DNA of 32,000 nt from Desulfobulbus propionicus DSM 2032. Lineage in GTDB: Bacteria > Desulfobacterota > Desulfobulbia > Desulfobulbales > Desulfobulbaceae. This document shows positions 8,991-16,729 of this stretch, in pieces (position 1 is the first letter of the stretch; each line of letters begins with the position of its first letter). The stretch covers positions 2,400,001 through 2,432,000 of the forward strand of contig NC_014972.1 of NCBI RefSeq assembly GCF_000186885.1. The letters are read 5' to 3'. Both the position numbers and the translations under genes were made by a program. The notes under the pieces were generated by a model, which was not told where the DNA came from, did no database searches, and saw only the letters and a list, made by a program, of their open reading frames with translations.

Positions 8991-9904
8991 CAGGCCTCCA
9001 CCACCTTGATCCGCGCCAGGGCCATCTCGCCCAGCCCCAGGGCGTGGGCCGCCACCGTCGATTCGATCGCCTCGGGCGGGAGATCGAACAGGGTGGTGGC
9101 GTAGGCGTCGGCGGCCACCGGATCCACCGAGGCGATCAGGGTATCGGTCTGGCGCACGTCCTTGAGATCGCCGCCCTGGGGACCGTTGGCGAGAAGGATG
9201 CGGCTGGCGTCGATCAGGGTCAGCTTGGGCCGGATCACCGTGGCCAGGTCAGCCAGGCTCTGGCCGAGCTGGTGGTGGAGCTGGCCACGGTTGCCGCCGA
9301 TCACCCCCATGCTGTTCTTCAGCCCCAGGGTCAGCCGGGACAGACCGTGGTGCTTGGCCACCGGCAGGTTGATGTAGCAGTCGCAGTCCAGGGCCTCCTT
9401 GTAGATCTCCCACCGGGTGAGCACCTTGCCCCGCTCGATCCGCACCGGCACGAACTTGCGCTGGTCGATGTGTTCGATCACTGCCCGCGCATCGCCCAGG
9501 TCGTGGATCGCCCGTTCGATGCCGCTGCTCGCGTAGCAACGGCGCTGCTCGTTGCAGGTCCGGTCAAAGACCAGCACTTTTTTCGCTCCGGCCTCCAGGG
9601 CCTGGGCCACCACCGCCCGTACCACCTGCGGATGGGTGTTGGCCCCCTGTTCCGGGGTGCGGTCCCAGCCGATGTTCGGCTTGACCACCACCCGGTCGCC
9701 CGGCCGGACGAACCGCCGCATGCCGCCCAGCGGTCGCAGCACCCGCTCGACCAGGGCGGCATAGTCCTGGCCCTTGGCCACGCCGAGTACCGGGGACGGC
9801 TGCTCGGCGGCCAGGACTTCGGGCACGATGGTGAACCGGGGAATGGTCAGGGTGGCTCCGGCCGACCAGAGCATCACATCGCGGATGAATTGCCGTCTGT
9901 CCAT
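8990..9904 (-). CDS. DUF362-family protein with N-terminal twin-arginine-like signal
   Basis: MDRRQFIRDVMLWSAGATLTIPRF signal-like start; core VKPNIGWDRTPEQGANTHPQVVRAVV and INLPVAKHHGLSRLTLGLKNSMGVIGG is DUF362-like. The stop overlaps the start of the downstream polyferredoxin (ATGA at 8990). Confidence 0.8.
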   Translation of the reverse strand: MDRRQFIRDVMLWSAGATLTIPRFTIVPEVLAAEQPSPVLGVAKGQDYAALVERVLRPLGGMRRFVRPGDRVVVKPNIGWDRTPEQGANTHPQVVRAVVAQALEAGAKKVLVFDRTCNEQRRCYASSGIERAIHDLGDARAVIEHIDQRKFVPVRIERGKVLTRWEIYKEALDCDCYINLPVAKHHGLSRLTLGLKNSMGVIGGNRGQLHHQLGQSLADLATVIRPKLTLIDASRILLANGPQGGDLKDVRQTDTLIASVDPVAADAYATTLFDLPPEAIESTVAAHALGLGEMALARIKVVEA

Positions 9905-10112
9905 GGCCTGTCCTCCTGGAATGAACGGCTCGCCCACGGGAGGCGAACCGGTTGATGGTGCCGGGACACGGGATCGGGCATCCGGGTCGATTGGTGCCAC
10001 ACCGTTCCTGGTCAACCCATCACAACACCTTGATTCTCTGTACAAGTCCCCATCGCGTTGGTCAACATCTTTTCATCCTCCCCGGCCCGCCCGGCATGCA
10101 CCGGCGAGCGCC

Positions 10113-10754
10113 TCAGCCGCCCAGCACCGGGAACAGCTGCCGGAGGCCGTGGGCAATGAACTCCACCCCCATGGCGGCCATGATCAGGCCCATCAACCGG
10201 GTGACGATGTTGATGCCCGTTCTGCCCAGCAGCTGGGTGATGGTCGGCGCCAGCCGGAACAGCAACGCGGTCAGGAAAACCAAAAGGACGATCACCACGC
10301 ACATGGAAAGGTAGTGCATGGCCGAGTCGTGACGCTGGGCATAGAGGATGACCGTGCTGATCGCACCGGGTCCGGCCAGCAGCGGCGTGCCCAGGGGAAC
10401 CACGGCCACGCTGTCGCGCTCGGCCGAGTCGAGTTCCTCCTCCTTGGTCTGTTTGACGTTGCTGATCTTGGCGTTGAGCATGGAGATCGCCATCAGCAGG
10501 ATGAGGATACCGCCGCCCACGCGGAAGGAGTCCACCGAGATGCCGAAGAACCGCAGGATGGCCTCGCCGCTGAACAGGACCACCACCAGGATGATACCCA
10601 TGGACAGGGCCGCCATGGAGCCGTTCCTGTTGCGGGTTCGGTCGTCCTGGCTGGTGGTCATGTTGATGAAGATCGGCAGCATGCCCACCGGATTGACGAT
10701 CGCCAGCAGGGCGATGAAAAATTTGAGGTATTCGTTGATCGTGCCGCTATCCAT
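10113..10754 (-). CDS. marC: MarC-family integral membrane protein
   Basis: MDSGTINEYLKFFIALLAIVNPVGMLPIFINMT... and ARLMGLIMAAMGVEFIAHGLRQLFP are characteristic of MarC/YchE proteins. Confidence 0.85.
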   Translation of the reverse strand: MDSGTINEYLKFFIALLAIVNPVGMLPIFINMTTSQDDRTRNRNGSMAALSMGIILVVVLFSGEAILRFFGISVDSFRVGGGILILLMAISMLNAKISNVKQTKEEELDSAERDSVAVVPLGTPLLAGPGAISTVILYAQRHDSAMHYLSMCVVIVLLVFLTALLFRLAPTITQLLGRTGINIVTRLMGLIMAAMGVEFIAHGLRQLFPVLGG

Positions 10755-10807
10755 CCTGCTTTGTTTCCTTTTTTTCTCGGATTGTTTGTCCGTCGGGGCG
10801 AAAAAGA

Positions 10808-11353
10808 TCAGTAGCTGTTCCGGCTGCTCATCTCTTCCGCCTGTTTTCTTCTTTTCGGCCGTAGCGGGTCGCCCTCCCTGGCATAGCCAAGGGTGATGAC
10901 CAGGCCGATCCGCCTGCTTGCCGGGATGTGGAGCAGTTTCTTGATGGCCTGCTCGTCAAACCAGCCGAGCATGCAGGTTCCCAGTCCCAGTTCTGTCGCC
11001 CGCAGGCAGAACTGGCTGGCGGCGATGCCGATGTCGATCAGGGGAAATTCCCGGTCCTTGAGCCGGGCGCCGATCTGGGTGATCACCCGTGGCTTCTCGA
11101 TTACCAACACGGCGAGCACCGGCGCCTCGGGTGCGAACTTATTGAACGAAACCAAGGCACTGAAAGTGGCACGAGCCACCTTGTCCTTAAGGTCGGGGTC
11201 GGTGACCAGGATCAGTTTCCACGGTTGGGAATTGGAGGCCGAGGGCGCGAGCCGCACCGCCTCGATCAGCTGCGCCAGCTTTTCCTCTTCAACCGGCTGG
11301 TCGGCATAGCTTCTGACGCTCTGGCGGAGCGCGATCAATCGGGCAACATCCAT
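10808..11353 (-). CDS. Nitroreductase-family FMN oxidoreductase
   Basis: RQSVRSYADQPVEEEKLAQLIEAVRLAPSASNSQPWKLILVTD and LRATELGLGTCMLGWF match the nitroreductase fold pattern. Confidence 0.88.
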   Translation of the reverse strand: MDVARLIALRQSVRSYADQPVEEEKLAQLIEAVRLAPSASNSQPWKLILVTDPDLKDKVARATFSALVSFNKFAPEAPVLAVLVIEKPRVITQIGARLKDREFPLIDIGIAASQFCLRATELGLGTCMLGWFDEQAIKKLLHIPASRRIGLVITLGYAREGDPLRPKRRKQAEEMSSRNSY

Positions 11354-11390
11354 GGTCTGTCTCCTGCGAATTGCTGATCAAACGGGATGG

Positions 11391-11834
11391 CTACGGTTGC
11401 AGCAGCTTCAGCCCCAGCGGTTCCTCGACCGCCCGACGCGCCGAGCTCCCCACCAGCTCGTGGACGATCACCTCCATGACGTGCCACACCCGCACCCCGG
11501 TGCGAATGCAACCGGTGATTGTCTGGCCGCCCCGGCCGCATGCCATGTGCAGATGCACCAGCGGCGTCCCCTGCTCGTCGCGGAACAGGGTACCGACCCC
11601 GGCCACCTCATGGGCGTGTTCAAGCGGCCAGTGCATGGCTTCCAACGGCAGGCCGCGATCCTCCCTGGGCCCGACCACCAGCCGGCTGCCGTCATCTGCC
11701 CCGCCGACCACCAGCAGCGAGGCGGCCTCGATCTGCTGTTCGGCGGCGAACCGTTCGATCACCTCGTGGACGATCTCGCCGTCCTCCAATCGGACAATGA
11801 ACACCCTGCCCTGCCGGGCCTGTGCAAATCGCAT
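11391..11834 (-). CDS. PPC/DUF296 domain-containing protein
   Basis: MRFAQARQGRVFIVRLEDGEIVHEVIERFAAEQQIEAASLLVVGGADDG...PLVHLHMACGRGGQTITGCIRTGVRVWHVMEVIVHEL matches the PCC/DUF296 pattern. Confidence 0.82.
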   Translation of the reverse strand: MRFAQARQGRVFIVRLEDGEIVHEVIERFAAEQQIEAASLLVVGGADDGSRLVVGPREDRGLPLEAMHWPLEHAHEVAGVGTLFRDEQGTPLVHLHMACGRGGQTITGCIRTGVRVWHVMEVIVHELVGSSARRAVEEPLGLKLLQP

Positions 11835-12098
11835 CGTTCTCTCCTCCCCTCCCGGGCTTGAATGGACCATCGCCGCCCCGCCCCGGACATCGCGCGGGTG
11901 GCCGATTGTTCCATCATACCGTGGAACCGGACGGAACACATCAGGGAACTGCGGTCTGACCGGCCAGCGCCCGGTGTCAGCGAGCGCCTTGGTGTTTCCT
12001 TTGCCTGCCGCCGATCACTATCGCCGCAGTTTTCTGTGGTGTTTTCCGCTTCTATCCTCTATACATTGAAAATCATTCCCATCAACCAGGAGGCTGCC

Positions 12099-14924
12099 AT
12101 GGTATCCGGAACGTACAAGACCTTCCACCAGCGGATCAAGCCGCATATCCCCGCCGACCAGATCATCACCGACCCCCTGCGCACCGTCACCTTCGGCACC
12201 GACGCCAGTTTCTACCTGCTGGTGCCCAAAATCGTGATCAACGTCAACACCGAGGCCGAGGTGCAGCTGATCCTGCGCGAAGCCGGCCGGCTGCGGCTGC
12301 CGGTCACCTTCCGTGCCGCCGGCACCAGCCTCTCCGGCCAGGCGATCACCGACTCGATCCTGGTTCGGCTCGGTCCGGGCTGGAACCGCTTTCGAGTGTT
12401 CGCCAACGCCAGCAAGATCCAGCTCCAACCGGGGATCATCGGCGGCCACGCCAACCGCATCCTGGCCGAATTCGACCGCAAGATCGGCCCGGACCCGGCC
12501 TCGATCGACAGCGCCAAGATCGGCGGCATCCTGGCCAACAACGCCAGCGGCATGTGCTGCGGGGTGGAACAGAACAGCTACCGCACCCTGGATTCGATGC
12601 GCATCATCCTCGCCGACGGCACCATCGTCGACACCGCCGACGACAAGAGCCGGGCCGCCTGCCGCCGCAGCCACCCTGCCCTGCTCGACGGCCTGGCCGC
12701 GCTGCGCGACCGGGTTCGCGCCGATCAAGAGCTGGCGGAGCGCATCCGTTACAAGTTCAAAATCAAAAACACCACCGGCTACAGCCTCAACGCCCTGGTC
12801 GATTTCGACGACCCTTTCGACATCATGCAGCATCTGATGATCGGCTCCGAGGGCACGCTCGGTTTCATCGCCGACGTGGTCTACCGCACCGTGATCGAGC
12901 ATCGCCACAAGGCCAGCGCCCTGATCTTTTACCCGGATATCCGCACCGTCTGCGAGGCGGTGGTCATCCTCCAGCAGCAGCCGGTGGCGGCCGCCGAACT
13001 GATCGACCGTGCCGGCCTGGCCTCGGTCACCGGCAAGCCGGGCATGCCGCCCTTCCTGGCCGAGCTTGATCCGGGCGTCACCGCCCTGCTGATCGAGACC
13101 CGAGCGGAGACCGCCGAGGCACTTCGTGCCCAGATCGAACAGATTACCGCAAGCCTGGCCGATCTGCCCACGGTGCGGCCAATCGAGTTCACCGCCATTG
13201 CCGAGGAGTACACCCAACTGTGGAAGATCCGCAAGGGGCTGTTCCCGGCGGTGGGCGCGGTCCGCCAGACCGGCACCACGGTCATCATCGAGGACGTGGC
13301 CTTTCCCATCGAACACCTGGCCAATGCCACCCTCGATCTCCAGGAGCTGTTCCGCAAATATGGCTATACCGAGGCGATCATCTTCGGCCATGCCCTGGCC
13401 GGCAACCTCCACTTTGTCTTTACCCAGGATTTTTCCATCCAGACAGAGGTGGTCCGCTACCGCGACTTCATGGACGGGGTGGTGCGCCTGGTGGCGGAGA
13501 AATACGACGGCTCGCTCAAGGCCGAACACGGCACCGGCCGCAACATGGCGCCTTTTGTGGAGAAGGAGTGGGGCGAGGCCGCCTTTGGCCTGATGCAGGA
13601 GATCAAAGCCCTGTTCGACCCCCAGGGGCTGCTCAATCCAGGCGTCATTCTCAACGCTGACCTCGAAGCCCATATCAAGGACCTCAAGCCCCTGCCGCCC
13701 ACCCACGAATTGGTGGACAAGTGCATCGAGTGTGGCTTCTGCGAGCCGGTCTGCCCGTCGAAGAACCTCACCTTTACCCCTCGGCAGCGCATCGCCGGCC
13801 GCCGCGAGATCAGCCGGCGGCTGGCGGCCAATGCCGGCCAGCGGGAGGTGCAGCGGCTGATCAAGGCTTACCGCTATCCGGGCATGGACACCTGCGCCGC
13901 CGACGGCCTCTGCGCCACCCTCTGCCCGGTGGGGATCGACACCGGCAAGATGGTCAAGAGCCTGCGCGAGGAGGCCAACGGCCAGCTGGCCAAGGCGGTT
14001 TCCCGGTACGTGGCCGATCATTTCAAGGGCGTGACCCGCTCGGTGAGCGGCTTGCTCGACACGGTGGATGGGGTCCACCGTTTGGTCGGCACGCCGATGA
14101 TGGAACAGGCCACGCAGCTGGCCCGCACCGTCAGCGGCGGCCTGGTGCCCCTGTGGAACCGGGAAATGCCCGCCGGCGTGCCCGCCCTGCGCCCGCCAGC
14201 TCCTGCCGGAGAACTCCAGGTGGTTTATTTTCCCAGCTGCGCCAGCCGGGCCATGGGCGGGCCGGCCCGCCACGACCTCGAACGCACCGGCCTGCCGCAC
14301 AAGACCTTGGCCCTGCTCGCCAAGGCAGGTTACGGCGCGATCCTGCCCGAGCGGGTGGAGGCGCTCTGCTGCGGCCAGGCCTTTGAGAGCAAGGGGTTGA
14401 TGCGCCAGGCCGATGCCAAGGCCGACGAACTGAGCGATGCCCTGCTCAAGGCCACCCGTGACGGCGAGCTGCCGGTGCTGTGCGACACCAGCCCCTGCCT
14501 GCAGCGGATGCGCAACACCCTCGACAAGCGGCTGAGACTCTATGAACCGGTGGAATTCGTGCTCGAATTTCTCCAGGATCGGCTGGTGTTTGCCCGCAGG
14601 AAGGAACGGATCGCCCTCCATGCCACCTGCAGTACCCGCAAGATGGGGCTGGACGGCAAGCTGCGCCAACTGGCGCAACTCTGCGCCAAGGAGGTGGTGG
14701 TGCCCGAGGATATTCACTGCTGCGGCTTTGCCGGCGACCGCGGCTTCAACTTCCCGGAACTCAACCGCGCGGCCCTAGCTGGCCTGAAAGAGCAGGTCTA
14801 CGGCTGCGAAACCGGCTATTCCACCAGCAAGACCTGCGAGATCGGCCTGGCCCTGCACGCCGAGATCCCCTACCGTTCGATCCTCTATCTGGTGGACGAG
14901 GTGACCGACCCCTTGCCTGCCTAG
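12099..14924 (+). CDS. FAD-linked oxidase fused to Fe-S oxidoreductase (D-lactate/glycolate dehydrogenase type)
   Basis: AGGAGG lies upstream of ATG 12099. FAD-binding type-4 segment (RAAGTSLSGQAITDSILV; GGILANNASGMCCG), C-terminal oxidase domain, CIECGFCEPVCPSKNL, CAADGLCATLCPVGID, and CCG-type motifs (FPSCASRAMG; CCGQAFESKG; IHCCGFAGDRG). Confidence 0.88.
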   Translation: MVSGTYKTFHQRIKPHIPADQIITDPLRTVTFGTDASFYLLVPKIVINVNTEAEVQLILREAGRLRLPVTFRAAGTSLSGQAITDSILVRLGPGWNRFRVFANASKIQLQPGIIGGHANRILAEFDRKIGPDPASIDSAKIGGILANNASGMCCGVEQNSYRTLDSMRIILADGTIVDTADDKSRAACRRSHPALLDGLAALRDRVRADQELAERIRYKFKIKNTTGYSLNALVDFDDPFDIMQHLMIGSEGTLGFIADVVYRTVIEHRHKASALIFYPDIRTVCEAVVILQQQPVAAAELIDRAGLASVTGKPGMPPFLAELDPGVTALLIETRAETAEALRAQIEQITASLADLPTVRPIEFTAIAEEYTQLWKIRKGLFPAVGAVRQTGTTVIIEDVAFPIEHLANATLDLQELFRKYGYTEAIIFGHALAGNLHFVFTQDFSIQTEVVRYRDFMDGVVRLVAEKYDGSLKAEHGTGRNMAPFVEKEWGEAAFGLMQEIKALFDPQGLLNPGVILNADLEAHIKDLKPLPPTHELVDKCIECGFCEPVCPSKNLTFTPRQRIAGRREISRRLAANAGQREVQRLIKAYRYPGMDTCAADGLCATLCPVGIDTGKMVKSLREEANGQLAKAVSRYVADHFKGVTRSVSGLLDTVDGVHRLVGTPMMEQATQLARTVSGGLVPLWNREMPAGVPALRPPAPAGELQVVYFPSCASRAMGGPARHDLERTGLPHKTLALLAKAGYGAILPERVEALCCGQAFESKGLMRQADAKADELSDALLKATRDGELPVLCDTSPCLQRMRNTLDKRLRLYEPVEFVLEFLQDRLVFARRKERIALHATCSTRKMGLDGKLRQLAQLCAKEVVVPEDIHCCGFAGDRGFNFPELNRAALAGLKEQVYGCETGYSTSKTCEIGLALHAEIPYRSILYLVDEVTDPLPA

Positions 14925-14947
14925 GGTAACCAGGCGGGATTCTGCCG

Positions 14948-16276
14948 CTAGTCCAGCAGGATCTCGCCCTGGCTAAAGGCGCGGGTGATGATGGTCTTGA
15001 GTTCATCGCGCAGCCCCTGGCTGTCGCGGCCCGCATAGGCCCGATACACCCTGGCCGAGATGACGAGGAAGGCATCGACGACCTTGGGGTCGAAATGGCT
15101 GCCCCGGCCCTGGCGGATGAGATCCAGGGCCGCCTCGTAGGAAAGCGGCTGCTTGTAGGGCCGCTTCGAGGTCAGGGCGTCAAAGACATCGGCCACGGCA
15201 AAGATTCGCGCCACCAGCGGAATGGCCTCCCCGGTCAGCCCGTTGGGATACCCGCTGCCGTCGAATTTCTCGTGATGCGCCCCCACCACCTGGGCCGCGT
15301 CGGCCAGCCACATTGATCCATCAATGATCTCCAGCCCGTGGCGCACATGCGCCTGCATCTGGGCAAACTCCCGCGCATCCAACCCGCCCGCCTTGAGCAG
15401 AATCTGGTCGCGAATGCCGATCTTGCCCACATCATGGAGAAAGGCCCCCTTGATCAGGGTCTGGAGCGCGCTGTTTTCCAGACCAAGGACCTCGGCCAAC
15501 CGCACCGCGTACAGGGTGACGCGGAAGTTGTGCGCGTCGGTGTCGCTGTCGCGCTTGGCGATGGCGCTGGCCAAGAGCGACAGGGTACCCAGGTTGGCCT
15601 CCAGCAGGTTGCGGGAAAACAGGGTCAGCTTGCGCACCAGCTGGAGGATGACCGGATAGAGCAGGCCGCTGGTGGCGACGACGATCAGCAGGGCCATGAC
15701 CACGCTGTGCCGCAGCGTCTTCTGCAAGGCCTGCCTGGCGGCCTCGGAGGGGGCGAACACGGCCTCGGCGTAGGCCGGATTCGGGCCTGCCGGATCGGTG
15801 AGCGGCATGACCACTAGCACGTGCAGCCGCTCGCCCACCATGACCACCTCCGCCGCTTCGCCCCCCGGTGGGGGCCGGCGCGGCCGGGAGTGGGCCAGGC
15901 GCTTCACCGCTTCGATCAGGGGATAGCTGTTGGCTGTCCGCTCCTCGCTCTCCCCGGTGCCGGGAACAAAAAATTGCACATAGACAAACTCGCCGTTGGC
16001 CGGTTTGGCCGCGACCGAAAGCCGCTCCTCCAGGGCCTGATGAAAGGCGGCGCGTTGTTCCCTGCCCTGCTCCTGTGCGATTTGGATGGTGCGGGCGATC
16101 AGCAGCTGGATTTCAGCGCGGGTCTCCTCGACCACCTGGGCGCGCAGGTTCTGTTGTTCGCTGTAATAGACCGCCGCCCCGGTCAGCAGACCGATGACCA
16201 CGGCCATCAGCGCCAACCGCAGGGTCAGAACGCGATAGACAAAGGTTTGCAGGGAAAGGGGCCGGGATCTGGTCAT
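14948..16276 (-). CDS. Membrane-anchored HD-GYP domain protein (probable c-di-GMP phosphodiesterase)
   Basis: TM segment, extracytoplasmic region and second TM, then GAFLHDVGKIGIRD, HVRHGLEIID and HHEKFDGSGYPNGLTGEAIPLVARIFAVADVFDALTSKRPYK. Confidence 0.88.
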   Translation of the reverse strand: MTRSRPLSLQTFVYRVLTLRLALMAVVIGLLTGAAVYYSEQQNLRAQVVEETRAEIQLLIARTIQIAQEQGREQRAAFHQALEERLSVAAKPANGEFVYVQFFVPGTGESEERTANSYPLIEAVKRLAHSRPRRPPPGGEAAEVVMVGERLHVLVVMPLTDPAGPNPAYAEAVFAPSEAARQALQKTLRHSVVMALLIVVATSGLLYPVILQLVRKLTLFSRNLLEANLGTLSLLASAIAKRDSDTDAHNFRVTLYAVRLAEVLGLENSALQTLIKGAFLHDVGKIGIRDQILLKAGGLDAREFAQMQAHVRHGLEIIDGSMWLADAAQVVGAHHEKFDGSGYPNGLTGEAIPLVARIFAVADVFDALTSKRPYKQPLSYEAALDLIRQGRGSHFDPKVVDAFLVISARVYRAYAGRDSQGLRDELKTIITRAFSQGEILLD

Positions 16277-16384
16277 GGCGGGCTCCGTTGCGGAATGGTT
16301 GAGGGGATGCCGGGGCGGCGTTCCCGGCCCTGGCCGGATGGGCGGGCACCACGCCAACCAGTCGCGGCGAAAGGTCAACCGGAG

Positions 16385-16636
16385 TCAGAACTTGAGCAGG
16401 GCGATGAATCCGTAAATGGCAAGGTACAGCGACAACAAGGCGGCCAGCAGCATCGCCAGCCTGCCGAAGAGCAGACCGGACGCCCAGATGAGCAGGGTGG
16501 CAAACGGCATGAGCAGCAGCACGTACAGCGCGGCGTCGGTACACGGCGGCAGCAGCAACAGCACCACCATGACGCCGAAAAAACGATAAAATCCTCGCTG
16601 GGTGGTGTCCACATACACCGGAGAGGTGTTGTCCAT
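16385..16636 (-). CDS. Small hypothetical membrane protein (83 aa)
   Basis: MDNTSPVYVDTTQRGFYRFFGVMVVLLLLPPCTDAALYVLLLMPFATLLIWASGLLFGRLAMLLAALLSLYLAIYGFIALLKF. GGAGG sits at plausible spacing upstream of the chosen start, with two to three hydrophobic segments. Confidence 0.6.
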   Translation of the reverse strand: MDNTSPVYVDTTQRGFYRFFGVMVVLLLLPPCTDAALYVLLLMPFATLLIWASGLLFGRLAMLLAALLSLYLAIYGFIALLKF

Positions 16637-16729
16637 GGCAAGGTCCTCCATTGCTTTACCCATAAAGAAAAAAATGGGCGACGTCAAGGCTCGTTGCCGG
16701 TCGACAGCCACGGCAGACCACGGCACGGT

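Noticed and set aside
11990-12004. Possible sigma54-like element TGGTGTTTCCTTTGC upstream of the dehydrogenase gene
   Set aside because: GG-N10-GC spacing is correct but three of the -24 positions deviate from TGGCAC, and no other support was seen. It is too weak to annotate.
12018-14717. 899-aa antisense ORF opposite the FAD/Fe-S dehydrogenase gene
   Set aside because: It mirrors a well-supported gene (12099-14924). Its translation is Gln/Gly/His-rich and shows no recognisable domain, as expected for antisense frames in GC-rich coding DNA.
16663-16680. A-rich tract flanked by CCCAT/ATGGG as a terminator upstream of the small membrane gene
   Set aside because: The stem is only 5 bp and there is no properly placed T-run.
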